From an uncultured Lachnospiraceae bacterium (lineage in GTDB: Bacteria > Bacillota > Clostridia > Lachnospirales > Lachnospiraceae): DNA of 47,000 nt. The notes beneath the pieces were generated by a model, which worked only from the letters and a program-made list of their open reading frames with translations, had not been told where the DNA came from and did not search any database. Both the position numbers and the translations under genes were made by a program. Location of the stretch: contig CANRMO010000001.1 in the NCBI GenBank assembly GCA_947631755.1, positions 1 through 47,000 of the forward strand, given 5' to 3'. This document shows, in pieces, positions 37,634 through 47,000 of this stretch (positions are counted from its first letter, which is position 1; every line of letters starts with the position of its first letter).

Positions 37634-38812
37634 TTACTCGGTATCCGATAAATCGATATGTTTTGCTCTCAGCTTCTTTTCCAGTACCAGATCTGCGAGA
37701 TACATGAATACGGCAACTACTGGCACACCGAGGAACATTCCCATAACACCAAAATACGCGCCGCCAAATGTCACGCCAAAAATCACCCACAGAGGCTTTA
37801 TCCCTGTCAGATCTCCCAGAATCTTAGGACCCAGATACAGACCGTCAAACTGCTGCAAAACCAAGATCATAACGGCAAAGACAAGCGAGAGTTTTGGGTC
37901 AATAAAGAGATAGATCAAAACCCCGGGAATCGCACCGATGATGGGACCAAAGTAGGGAATCATGTTTGTGATGCATACAATAACACTCATCAAAAGGGCA
38001 TAGGGAAGCCTCAGTACACTCATCACAATAAGGCATAGGATTCCGATGATCAGAGAATCAATAGCTTTCCCAAATAAAAATCCGTTAAATATATGGTTGC
38101 ACTCCAAAACTGTGTTCCACGCGCCCCTCTCTTTTCCTTTCGGGGCAACAGCATAAACAACTTTCTTCAGCCCCTTTACAAGATGGTCGCTGTCCAGCAC
38201 GATGTAGATTGAGACAAACAGCCCAATAAAGATATTGTACACCATAGATACAACGGAAGAAGAAAATTCATATACATAGGGCACAATTGTTGAGCTGTGG
38301 TTCATTAAATTTCCAAGAAGGTTCGTCTTTACATAATCCAGCATATCGCCGAGACGGATCAGAGAAATCTGTTTGTTTAATGTCTCTTTATTTGTTGACA
38401 TATAATCGTATGCTGTGTGCAGGGATTTCGCCAGCTCTTTTACACTCTCCTGGATCTGCGGAGAAATATAGGAAATAATAATGACAAGCATGCCGACTAT
38501 AACGGCATAAGCAAATATGATACTGATCGCCTTTTTTGGCCGCAGCCATCTGTCTTTCATAATACGGTTCAGCTGTTTACTCAGAAATCCAACAAAAGGA
38601 CTGATCAGATAAGCAATGAAAAAACCAATGATAAACGGCATCAGAACAGATACAAGCTGCTCTAGCACAGCAAGCGTCCCTTTCCAGTTCGCGATGACAA
38701 ATATAGTCAGAGTACACATCGCCACGATCGCAATAATATACCATTTATTAGATACAAGATTTTTCAAAATTCCGCGATAGTTTGTCTTCTTATCCATATT
38801 TTCCTCCACCAT
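37634..38812 (-). CDS. AI-2E (PerM) family transporter
   Basis: Multi-TM; IPYFGPIIGAIP, QQFDGLYLGPKILG, GMFLGVP. Confidence 0.92.
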   Translation of the reverse strand: MVEENMDKKTNYRGILKNLVSNKWYIIAIVAMCTLTIFVIANWKGTLAVLEQLVSVLMPFIIGFFIAYLISPFVGFLSKQLNRIMKDRWLRPKKAISIIFAYAVIVGMLVIIISYISPQIQESVKELAKSLHTAYDYMSTNKETLNKQISLIRLGDMLDYVKTNLLGNLMNHSSTIVPYVYEFSSSVVSMVYNIFIGLFVSIYIVLDSDHLVKGLKKVVYAVAPKGKERGAWNTVLECNHIFNGFLFGKAIDSLIIGILCLIVMSVLRLPYALLMSVIVCITNMIPYFGPIIGAIPGVLIYLFIDPKLSLVFAVMILVLQQFDGLYLGPKILGDLTGIKPLWVIFGVTFGGAYFGVMGMFLGVPVVAVFMYLADLVLEKKLRAKHIDLSDTE

Positions 38813-38949
38813 TTTCTATTATTTTTTACCAAATTATCCATGTGCAAACACGCTTTTTCTGTCATTTTCTATAATTTCTATGAAAATATTATTTTTTTCT
38901 TGCATTTTGCATAGAACTATTATATAATAGCTCTTGTCGAAAAACTTAA

Positions 38950-39022
38950 GCGCCATTAGCTCAGTTGGAAGAGCACCTGACTCTTAATCAGGGTGTCTGG
39001 GGTTCGAGCCCCCAATGGCGTA
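38950..39022 (+). tRNA. tRNA-Lys (anticodon CTT), CCA not encoded
   Basis: Acceptor GCGCCAT/ATGGCGT, D-arm TAGCTCAGTTGGAAGAGC, anticodon loop CTCTTAA, T-loop GGTTCGAGCC; promoter TTGCAT-N17-TATAAT at 38900-38928. Confidence 0.97.
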
Positions 39023-39187
39023 CTCCCGAGTCCTTGTTTGGCAGACCTGCAACTGCTGGGTGAGGGCTTTTTTTATGTTCTTCTTTAAACAAATATACAT
39101 AAAAAAAGTTTCCACACACAGAGCAGGGGTGGTAGAAAACATATGTTCTCTACCTTCCAGCTTGTGCAAATTTTTTCTAATCAGTTC

Positions 39188-39694
39188 CTAAGATATATTG
39201 GAATTTTTCGCCTGTTCAAGAGACTGTGTTTCCTCTTCAGACAACGAGACAAATACTTCTCCTTCTTTTACTTCCTTTATATATGTGTAGCATCCCTCAC
39301 TGTTACTGTGCATAGAATTAAGAATAAATCCGTTGTCATCCTTTGTCAGAAGAGTGAGCACAAAGCTCAGTGTTCCGCCAATCTCTTTAAATGCGTCATA
39401 TTTTACGATCCCCATTTTCTGATATGTTGTCAGAAGATTTTTATCGATGTGATCCAGCCGGATATCTACTTCTTTCAATTTTTCATTGATAAAGTTCATA
39501 TTTTCAAACTTCTTCTGAAATGCCTGCTCCAGACTCTTTCCGTCTGCATCTTTCATAAATACCTCATATCTTTTCCGCAGTGAAGTGATCTTTACCAGCT
39601 GAACAATAAACAATACAATGAGAACAAGTATCATCACAATAGAAATAATCACAACTAAATCCGTCTCTAATCCAATATCTTCAAACTTAAACAT
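39188..39694 (-). CDS. DUF4446 family membrane-anchored protein
   Basis: N-terminal TM; QKMGIVKYDAF...LSF...CYTYIK...LSEEE; usual position downstream of parB in Clostridia. Confidence 0.85.
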   Translation of the reverse strand: MFKFEDIGLETDLVVIISIVMILVLIVLFIVQLVKITSLRKRYEVFMKDADGKSLEQAFQKKFENMNFINEKLKEVDIRLDHIDKNLLTTYQKMGIVKYDAFKEIGGTLSFVLTLLTKDDNGFILNSMHSNSEGCYTYIKEVKEGEVFVSLSEEETQSLEQAKNSNIS

Positions 39695-39723
39695 CTTAAT
39701 CCTCCTAACTAAAAACTTATGTT

Positions 39724-40602
39724 TTAATTAAAGTACGCTATTATTTTTTCCAGTTCATCCTGTGTGTAATACTCAATCTCAAGTTTTCCCTGAGATTCTG
39801 TTTTTCTGTTTATTTTTACTTTCGTGCCAATCTTTTGTTTCAATTTTTCTTCTAAATCCTTATAGATAAAATCATTTTCCAGCTCTTTTTTCGGTGCCTT
39901 TTTCACTGGATTATTAATTGTTTTGACAAGCTTTTCTGTCTCTCTTACGCTGAGCTTATTTTCCTCCACTTTCACAGCAGCCTCATACTGCTTTTCTGTC
40001 TCGGCAATTCCAAGCAGCGCCCGGGCATGTCCACTCGATAATCTCTCCTCTATCAGCATATCCTGAATCCTCTCATCCAGTTTGAGAAGACGGAGAGAAT
40101 TTGTGATTGCTGTCCTGCTCTTTGAAACTTTTTCCGCCACCTCATCCTGCCTGAGATCATATTCCCTGATCAGATTCTGATAAGCTCTGGCCTCTTCCAC
40201 CGGGTTCAGATCCTCCCTCTGAATATTTTCAATCAGGGCAATTTCCATAATCTCCTGGGAAGAATAATCTTTGATGACTACAGGGACTTCTTTTAATCCC
40301 GCCATTTTGGCCGCGCGCCATCTGCGCTCACCCGCTATGATCTCATAGTAACCCTTTTCCTTGCTCACTACAAGAGGCTGGATAATCCCGTGAAGTTTGA
40401 TTGACTCACACAGCTCCGCAAGTGCTTCTTCATTAAAATATTTTCTCGGCTGCTTTTTATTTGGCTCGACCTCATTTATTTTAAGAAGCACTTCTCCTGC
40501 TTTTGACCCTTTTTCTATCTCACCGATAGACGGTGACTTGACCGCCTTCGGTGGAATCATAGAATCCAGACCTTTTCCAAGACCCGTTTTCTTTACCGCC
40601 AT
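39724..40602 (-). CDS. parB: Chromosome partitioning protein ParB/Spo0J
   Basis: GLGKGLDS, QPRKYF, IAGERRWRA, ENIQREDL, HTH SKSRTAITNSLRLL. Confidence 0.97.
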   Translation of the reverse strand: MAVKKTGLGKGLDSMIPPKAVKSPSIGEIEKGSKAGEVLLKINEVEPNKKQPRKYFNEEALAELCESIKLHGIIQPLVVSKEKGYYEIIAGERRWRAAKMAGLKEVPVVIKDYSSQEIMEIALIENIQREDLNPVEEARAYQNLIREYDLRQDEVAEKVSKSRTAITNSLRLLKLDERIQDMLIEERLSSGHARALLGIAETEKQYEAAVKVEENKLSVRETEKLVKTINNPVKKAPKKELENDFIYKDLEEKLKQKIGTKVKINRKTESQGKLEIEYYTQDELEKIIAYFN

Positions 40603-41369
40603 TAACCCGCACTCCTTTCAATTATCTCTTTTGCAAGATTTACATAAGCCTTTGCACCCGTCGAACGGCTGTCATATTGCGTAATTGGCAGACCATGGCT
40701 CGGCGCCTCCGCCAGACGCACGCCCCTCGGGATGATCGTATTGTAAATTCTCTGATTTAGATTATTTCTCACATTCTCAATTACCTGCATGGAGAGATTT
40801 GTCCTCCCGTCATACATAGTAAAAACAACTCCATTGATTTCCAGTTTCGGATTTAATCTGTCTTTCACAAGATTGATCGTATAGATCAGCTGGCTCAATC
40901 CCTCCAAGGCATAATATTCACACTGTATGGGCACAAGAACCGAGTCCGCTGTCGTCATCGCATTAATTGTGAGAGTATTCAGAGACGGAGGACAGTCAAT
41001 GATAATGTAATGATACCGTTTTCTGATCCCTGAAATGATATTACTCAATATGTAATTTCTGTCTTCCATGTCCATTGTCTCAATTTCAATACCCGCAAGA
41101 TTTACATTAGCGGCAAGTACATCCAGATTTTCAAAGACATCTCTCTGGACACACTCATCAAAATCATTTTCCTGGATCATAAGCTGATAGACCGTAGTAT
41201 CCAATTCATCCTTGTCAATGCCCAGGCCACTGGATGAATTTCCCTGCGGATCCATATCAATCACAAGAACTCTCTTATTTTGTTCAGCCAATGCTGCTGC
41301 AAGATTGATCGTCGTGGTAGTTTTTCCAACTCCACCCTTTTGGTTGGCAATCGCCATAATTTCACTCAT
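40602..41369 (-). CDS. parA: Chromosome partitioning ATPase ParA/Soj
   Basis: NQKGGVGKTTT, DMDPQGN, IDCPPSL, RLAEAPSHG; start moved to ATG 41369. Confidence 0.97.
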   Translation of the reverse strand: MSEIMAIANQKGGVGKTTTTINLAAALAEQNKRVLVIDMDPQGNSSSGLGIDKDELDTTVYQLMIQENDFDECVQRDVFENLDVLAANVNLAGIEIETMDMEDRNYILSNIISGIRKRYHYIIIDCPPSLNTLTINAMTTADSVLVPIQCEYYALEGLSQLIYTINLVKDRLNPKLEINGVVFTMYDGRTNLSMQVIENVRNNLNQRIYNTIIPRGVRLAEAPSHGLPITQYDSRSTGAKAYVNLAKEIIERSAG

Positions 41370-41551
41370 AATAATCCCCATTCCGGAGCGCATATGCAAC
41401 AAACAACTTCCATCACTCTGTGATCCCTTGTCTGCCATCAAAACTATTTGTGAGCGCTCCAAAAAATCAAAAGTCCATTCACAAATAGTGGTGCGAAAAA
41501 TTAATACAACTGGCTAATTTTTCACACTAACCTCATTACTACCTATAGGGT

Positions 41552-41580
41552 ATTATAGCACGGTTCTTTACATATTTCTA
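41552..41580 (-). promoter_or_regulatory. Probable soj-spo0J promoter
   Basis: Minus strand TAGAAA-N17-TATAAT with extended TG. Confidence 0.6.
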
Positions 41581-41595
41581 CCTATTTTCAATAAA

Positions 41596-41611
41596 TGTTT
41601 CACGTGAAACA
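41596..41611. promoter_or_regulatory. parS centromere site
   Basis: Perfect palindrome TGTTTCACGTGAAACA. Confidence 0.95.
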
Positions 41612-41757
41612 TTTTCGTGTAAAATCATATAATAATAAATTGTGGTTAAATAAATTATATGATATACTAGTACAACGAATACTAAATAACTGACATATTC
41701 GTTGTACTAGTGTAACATAATTGTAATCTATAACTTTTGAATAACAGGAGGCTATCT

Positions 41758-42567
41758 ATGGATTTATTCGAATTGTGTGATCTAATTGAGTTACAAAATG
41801 ATGTAATACATAAAGTAAAAAATTTTAACACGACCTATTGTCACGATGCGCTATCTTCTATGTGGAAAAAATTATTTTACAGAGATACATGGGATGAGGG
41901 TATACAGGAATTACAAAAGCAGTTCGGAGATGACCCGGACGGAATTAAAATTCTCACCTGCATCTTACACTGTTCTCTGCATACATTTGAATTATACAGG
42001 GAAAAAGGAATTGATAGGCAGATCTTCGTTGATACTGTAAAATTTCTCACCCGTTTTATTGAAGAACATAAAAAGATATATGGGTCTTACCGTTTTACAT
42101 GGGCATGGTGGTTTCCAAGGCAATTAGCTTTACAAGAGTTTCGCCTTGGTGCCCTGGAATATGAATTTACCTCAAAGGATAACACCCTGCAAACTTTTAT
42201 CCATATACCATCCGATGCCATTCTCGAAAAAAAACATTTACAAAATTCTTATTCACAATACAAAGAATTTGTGAGTCACTTTTTCCCTGAATATAAAAGT
42301 GCTGAATTGTATTGTGATTCCTGGCTGCTCGTACCAGCATTAAAGCAATTTTTAAATGAAAATTCAAATATTTTGTATTTTCAAAATAGCTTTGAAATTA
42401 TTTCAGTAGACAATGAGAGCAGAGCATTTATGGACTGGCTATATCCAAATTGTGGCGAAGAATTTGATAAATTGCCGGAAAATACAGCTCTTCAAAGGAA
42501 AGTCAAACAATATCTCTTAGATGGTAGAAAAATTGGCTGGGCAATGGGGCGGTTAAAAAATTTTTAA
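41758..42567 (+). CDS. Acyltransferase-domain protein (helical N-terminus plus GNAT-like C-terminus, DUF5596-type)
   Basis: RLGALEYE, IHIP, CDSWLL.PAL, NSNI..FQ, LPENTALQR motifs; AGGAGG RBS before ATG 41758; AT-rich. Confidence 0.75.
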   Translation: MDLFELCDLIELQNDVIHKVKNFNTTYCHDALSSMWKKLFYRDTWDEGIQELQKQFGDDPDGIKILTCILHCSLHTFELYREKGIDRQIFVDTVKFLTRFIEEHKKIYGSYRFTWAWWFPRQLALQEFRLGALEYEFTSKDNTLQTFIHIPSDAILEKKHLQNSYSQYKEFVSHFFPEYKSAELYCDSWLLVPALKQFLNENSNILYFQNSFEIISVDNESRAFMDWLYPNCGEEFDKLPENTALQRKVKQYLLDGRKIGWAMGRLKNF

Positions 42568-42598
42568 ACTAATAAGTTAATAGTCTTATAAATAGTAA

Positions 42599-42614
42599 TG
42601 TTTCACGTGAAACA
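42599..42614. promoter_or_regulatory. parS centromere site
   Basis: Perfect palindrome TGTTTCACGTGAAACA just past the rsmG stop. Confidence 0.95.
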
Positions 42615-42617
42615 TTG

Positions 42618-43322
42618 CTATAGAGGCTGTTTTTTTACTTTACCCGCTTTTCTCGGATATCTCATATCTGTCAACCCCCTGTTTTCTATAAATAACAAAT
42701 ACCTCTTTTCATCCTGTCCTCTCAATTCAAACTCTTCCACCGTATCCAACCCAGCCGATAATTTTTGTAAAGCACTCTGTGACTCACTGATTTCCTCTCT
42801 AAATTTTCTTCCCTTATAAGAAACAAAATATCCACCAACCTTTACAAAGGGAATACAATATTCCAGGAGAACAGGAAGTTGTGCTACAGCCCGAGACACA
42901 GCAAAATCAAATTGATTTCTAAATTCCTTTTCTCTTCCATAATCCTCTGCTCTTCCGTGGAACAGCTGCACATGATCCAATCCAAGCTCTTCTTTTACCA
43001 CCGATAAAAAATCAATTCGTTTTTTCAGAGAATCAATCAAAATATACTGGTGCTGTGGACTGAGAATTGACAGAACAATTCCAGGAAAACCTGCACCTGT
43101 ACCGAGATCAATTATCTTTCCCCCTTCCTTTTTTTGAAAAATAGGACACCTCACCAAAAAAGCCGAATCGATAAAATGTTTCCATACGACATCCTCATAT
43201 TCTGTGATTGAAGTCAGGTTCATTTTCTTATTCCAATCTATGAGCAACTGATAATAGCGCTGCAGACATTTTTCCTGTCCATCTGAAATTTCAATTTTTT
43301 TCTCTGCAAATATATCTTTCAT
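42618..43322 (-). CDS. rsmG: 16S rRNA m7G527 methyltransferase RsmG/GidB
   Basis: [37 protein letters not shown]. Confidence 0.97.
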   Translation of the reverse strand: MKDIFAEKKIEISDGQEKCLQRYYQLLIDWNKKMNLTSITEYEDVVWKHFIDSAFLVRCPIFQKKEGGKIIDLGTGAGFPGIVLSILSPQHQYILIDSLKKRIDFLSVVKEELGLDHVQLFHGRAEDYGREKEFRNQFDFAVSRAVAQLPVLLEYCIPFVKVGGYFVSYKGRKFREEISESQSALQKLSAGLDTVEEFELRGQDEKRYLLFIENRGLTDMRYPRKAGKVKKQPL

Positions 43323-45223
43323 TTTTCACCTTCACTTTCACGAATTTTGTACTGTTCCAGATAGACCAGAAGGACTGATATATCAGAAGGGGAAACCCCA
43401 CTGATCCGGGCTGCCTGCCCCACAGAATCCGGCCGGATATCTGTCAGTTTCTGAATTGCCTCAAGACGGAGACTGCCAATAGCGGAGTAATCAATATCCG
43501 CCGGAATTTTTTTCTTTTCCAGTTTATGAAAATGCTCCACCTGTTTCAACTGCTTTTTTATATATCCCTCATATTTGAGATTTATATTAACCTCTTCGGT
43601 CACTTCTGGCGGGAGGGATGGTCGTTCCGGATCAATGGGCTCTAATTTTTCATAAGACAGCTCCGGCCGCTTTATCAGCTCGGCAAGGGAACTTCCGCTT
43701 GTCAGAAATGTGCTGTTGTATTTTTTCAGCAACTGCTGTATCTGCTCTCCATTGCCGACAAATGTATTTTTGAGCCTTGTTATCTCCTCATGGATCCATT
43801 TATATTTTTTTTGGAATTGCTGATATCTCTCCTCACTGATCAGTCCAACCTCATATCCCAGTTTCGTCAATCTCTCATCAGCATTGTCCTGGCGCAGAAG
43901 AAGACGGTACTCTGCCCGGGATGTCATCATGCGGTATGGCTCATTCGTTCCTTTCGTTACCAGATCATCGATCAACACACCCACATATCCCTGTGAGCGG
44001 TCAATGATAATTGCCTCTTTTCCCTGAATTTTTCTAGCCGCATTAATTCCAGCCACAAGTCCCTGTGCAGCTGCCTCCTCATACCCGGAACTTCCATTTG
44101 CCTGCCCGGCGCTGAAAAGACCACTGATTTTCTTTAATTCCAAAGAAGGCAAAAGTTCAAGGGAATCAATGCAGTCATATTCGATTGCATAGGCATTTCT
44201 TACAATTTCAGCACGCTCTAATCCTGGCACACTGCGATACATCTCGATCTGGACATCCTCTGGAAGAGAACTGGACATTCCCCCCACATACATCTCGTTC
44301 GTATAAAGGCCCTCCGGCTCAATAAAAACCTGATGACGGTCTTTATCCGAAAACCTTATAACCTTATCTTCGATAGAAGGACAATAGCGCGGGCCCGTCC
44401 CTTTAATTACCCCAGAAAAAAGAGGAGAGCGATCAATATTATTCCGTATGATTTCGTGAGTAGTCTCATTCGTATAAGTGAGCCAGCACCGGATCTGCTC
44501 CCTCTCTAAATCTTCCGATTTGTTTGTAAAAGAAAATGGTACGATCTTTTCATCGCCAGACTGAGGTTTCATTTTAGAATAGTCAATAGTATTGCCATCA
44601 ATCCGGGCGGGGGTGCCTGTCTTAAAACGGCGGATTTTCAATCCCAGCTCTCTGAGAGAATCGGACAAATAATTAGCGGACTGTAGACCGTTTGGCCCAG
44701 TGTTATTTGAAACCTCCCCCGTAATGCAGCGGGCTTTGAGATAAGTCCCCGTACAGAGCACGCACACTTTACAGCGGTATATTGTACCGGTATGCGTCTG
44801 GACTCCTGTGAATATATTATCTCTCACAAGTATTTTTGTCACCTCTCCCTGCTTTATCGTTAGATTTTCTGTGTTTTCCAGAACATTTCTCATAGACTGG
44901 CTATAAGCCTTCTTGTCCGCCTGGGCTCTTAAAGAGTGGACGGCGGGGCCCTTTGACCGATTCAACATTCTGGACTGGATAAATGTGCGGTCAATATTTT
45001 TTCCCATCTCTCCCCCGAGAGCATCCACCTCTCTCACCAGATGTCCCTTTGAGGTTCCCCCCACATTGGGATTGCAGGGCATCATTGCAATACTGTCAAC
45101 ACTCACAGTAAAAAGAATTGTTTTCATCGAGAGGCGTGCCAGGGCAAGAGCCGCCTCACAGCCGGCATGACCGGCACCGACAACAACTGCATCATATTTT
45201 TCTTCTATCCGTTCATTACTCAT
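43319..45223 (-). CDS. mnmG: tRNA U34 modification enzyme MnmG/GidA
   Basis: [53 protein letters not shown]. Confidence 0.98.
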   Translation of the reverse strand: MSNERIEEKYDAVVVGAGHAGCEAALALARLSMKTILFTVSVDSIAMMPCNPNVGGTSKGHLVREVDALGGEMGKNIDRTFIQSRMLNRSKGPAVHSLRAQADKKAYSQSMRNVLENTENLTIKQGEVTKILVRDNIFTGVQTHTGTIYRCKVCVLCTGTYLKARCITGEVSNNTGPNGLQSANYLSDSLRELGLKIRRFKTGTPARIDGNTIDYSKMKPQSGDEKIVPFSFTNKSEDLEREQIRCWLTYTNETTHEIIRNNIDRSPLFSGVIKGTGPRYCPSIEDKVIRFSDKDRHQVFIEPEGLYTNEMYVGGMSSSLPEDVQIEMYRSVPGLERAEIVRNAYAIEYDCIDSLELLPSLELKKISGLFSAGQANGSSGYEEAAAQGLVAGINAARKIQGKEAIIIDRSQGYVGVLIDDLVTKGTNEPYRMMTSRAEYRLLLRQDNADERLTKLGYEVGLISEERYQQFQKKYKWIHEEITRLKNTFVGNGEQIQQLLKKYNSTFLTSGSSLAELIKRPELSYEKLEPIDPERPSLPPEVTEEVNINLKYEGYIKKQLKQVEHFHKLEKKKIPADIDYSAIGSLRLEAIQKLTDIRPDSVGQAARISGVSPSDISVLLVYLEQYKIRESEGEK

Positions 45224-45238
45224 CTAAAGTCTCCCCTT

Positions 45239-46675
45239 CTATTTTCCCATACAGAAATCTTTAAATATTTTATCAATAATATCCTCTTCCACCGTCTCCC
45301 CAATAATCTTGCCGAGAGCCTCGTAGGCATTGCACAGATCAATAGCATACAGATCCTCCGGCATACCATCTTCTATACTCTGCATAAGCTGAGCCAGGCT
45401 CTCCGCCGTATCCGCCAGACATTCCTGCTGTCTCGCATTTGTAATATATATATCGTCATGATAAGATATCTGCTCTCTCAAAAATTGATCCTTGAGATAC
45501 TGTTCCAGCTCTTCCAGCCCCTCAGACGTCTTTGCAGAAAAACAAAAAATCTTTTTGTCCGATAAAATATGACTCACCCACTCCTCAGACTTTGCTTTTT
45601 TGCATCTCTCTGAAAACATATCCGGGTCCATCGCTATATTGCCGTCCTGTCTGTCACACTTATTGAGAAGAATCACACCATTCCGGTCAGCAATCTCCTC
45701 CATCACATAAAAATCTTCCTCCGTCAGCTCTTCCGTGGAATCAATCATACATATGATAAAATCCGCTCTCTCTATTGATTCTTTTGCCTTATTGATCCCA
45801 ATTTTCTCAACCTTGTCATCACTGTCTCGGATTCCGGCCGTATCGATCAGACGGAGAAGAACTGAACCAATTTTTATATCTTCCTCAAGAGTATCCCTTG
45901 TCGTTCCCGGAATATCCGTGACAATCGCTCTCTCTTCCCTAAGGATACAATTCAGTAAAGAAGATTTTCCCACATTCGGCCTGCCAACAATCACCGTATA
46001 AATACCATCCCGGATAATTCGTCCATTCTGGCTGTTCTCCAGCAGATGATTCACTTCTCTCTGTAGATTAAAAACATGTTTCCCAAGCCTATCCGAAAAA
46101 CCATCCAGAGAAATATGTTCCGGGTCATCCAGCGCAGCTTCCAGATAAGCAGTGTCCTCCAATAAGATCTCCCTCAACTCTACAATCTTCTTCCTCACAC
46201 TTCCCTTTAACTGAGTCAGAGAATTTTCCAGAGAAATTTTACTCTTTGACTGAATAACGTCCATGACAGCCTCCGCCTGAGAGAGATCAATCCTTCCATT
46301 CAAAAATGCCCTCTTTGTAAATTCCCCCGGCTCGGCTATGCGCACCCCGGCCCTGTTCAGACATTCCAATATCAACTGGCATATCATATGTCCGCCGTGA
46401 CAGTGTATTTCAACTACGTCCTCTGCCGTATAACTGCGCGGTGCTCTCATAAGCAGCACAAGAACCTCATCGAGCAGTTCATTTTCAAAATTTCTTATAA
46501 AACCGTAATGGACTGTGTGGGTCTCAAAAGATTTCAGATCAATATTTTTTCCTTTTTTATCAAAAAAAACACGGCTGACATATTCCACAGAACGGTCTCC
46601 GCTGACCCGGATCACACTAATACTCCCGTCCCCGGAAGAAGTGGCAATAGCCGCCACGGTATCTCCATAAAACAT
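45239..46675 (-). CDS. mnmE: tRNA modification GTPase MnmE/TrmE
   Basis: DTVAAIAT, GRPNVGKSS, PGTTRD, DTAG, C-terminal FCMGK; start moved to ATG 46675. Confidence 0.98.
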   Translation of the reverse strand: MFYGDTVAAIATSSGDGSISVIRVSGDRSVEYVSRVFFDKKGKNIDLKSFETHTVHYGFIRNFENELLDEVLVLLMRAPRSYTAEDVVEIHCHGGHMICQLILECLNRAGVRIAEPGEFTKRAFLNGRIDLSQAEAVMDVIQSKSKISLENSLTQLKGSVRKKIVELREILLEDTAYLEAALDDPEHISLDGFSDRLGKHVFNLQREVNHLLENSQNGRIIRDGIYTVIVGRPNVGKSSLLNCILREERAIVTDIPGTTRDTLEEDIKIGSVLLRLIDTAGIRDSDDKVEKIGINKAKESIERADFIICMIDSTEELTEEDFYVMEEIADRNGVILLNKCDRQDGNIAMDPDMFSERCKKAKSEEWVSHILSDKKIFCFSAKTSEGLEELEQYLKDQFLREQISYHDDIYITNARQQECLADTAESLAQLMQSIEDGMPEDLYAIDLCNAYEALGKIIGETVEEDIIDKIFKDFCMGK

Positions 46676-46778
46676 ATAAACCTCCAATTTTTCATATTAT
46701 AAAAGGCCGAATGAGGAACTATAAAAATGTCCCTGGAATTCGGCCTTTCACACCAATTTTCACAGAAAAAACAAAAAT

Positions 46779-47000
46779 TTAATTTTCTTCTCTCTCTTCT
46801 CTTCTCTCACCATAAGGCCTTCTCCGGTCTCTGGAATAGTTGTTATTGCGCCTGTGGTAATTATTTCTTCTCGGTAGCTCAGAGGCGTGTTCCCGGTTCA
46901 GTGTAATCACCACTTTGCGGTGTGGCTCATCGCCCTCGCTGTGGGTATCCACGTATTTGTCATCCTGCAGAGCTGCGTGGATGATCCTTCTCTCATAAGG
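46779..47000 (-). CDS. jag: Jag/EloR (KhpB) RNA-binding protein, 3' part (R3H domain), truncated by window edge
   Basis: Hand translation PYERRIIHAALQDDKYVDTHSEGDEPHRKVVI...EEN-stop; canonical position upstream of mnmE. Confidence 0.93.
   Translation of the reverse strand, partial: PYERRIIHAALQDDKYVDTHSEGDEPHRKVVITLNREHASELPRRNNYHRRNNNYSRDRRRPYGERREEREEN

Noticed and set aside
38950-39187. tRNA-Lys as an island integration site
   Set aside because: No integrase and no duplicated tRNA 3' end found in the window.
41641-41649. DnaA box-like TGTGGTTAA suggesting oriC
   Set aside because: Single mismatched box; by gene order oriC should lie beyond jag, outside the window.
42598-42819. 73-aa ORF starting MFHVKH
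   Set aside because: MFHVKH is simply the translation of the parS palindrome; the rest is antisense to rsmG.

Overview
Chromosomal window from a Firmicute, most likely a gut Lachnospiraceae, lying next to the replication origin. The right end carries the conserved jag-mnmE-mnmG-rsmG-(insert)-soj-spo0J block with two perfect parS sites and a tRNA-Lys. The middle holds housekeeping and metabolic genes: trmB, a DD-carboxypeptidase, pyk, an ECF sigma/anti-sigma pair, a YesM/YesN two-component system with a YtfQRT-YjfF-type sugar ABC transporter, tyrS, an L,D-transpeptidase, a probable bile-acid 3alpha-HSDH, a GH42 beta-galactosidase, nfo, and metG-tatD-rsmA. A lone AT-rich AIPR anti-phage gene sits between rsmA and an S1-domain gene. 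The left 6.9 kb is accessory and the most interesting part. It has two direct-repeat modules, each opening with an identical 55-bp IS3 left-end/promoter and closing with a type I toxin-antitoxin locus (31-aa membrane peptide plus convergent antisense RNA). Module 1 carries two stand-alone 58-aa proteins resembling C-terminal (RpnS-like antitoxin) domains of Rpn nucleases, and its toxin leader shows a layered anti-SD/anti-anti-SD switch with 5'-3' end pairing. Module 2 carries an IS3 transposase lacking its right end and a toxin that has lost its start codon and leader while its antitoxin stays intact. Between the modules are two secreted proteins sharing a lysine-rich C-terminal domain and a G-quadruplex-like tandem repeat. 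All family assignments come from motif recognition by eye; no database search was run.
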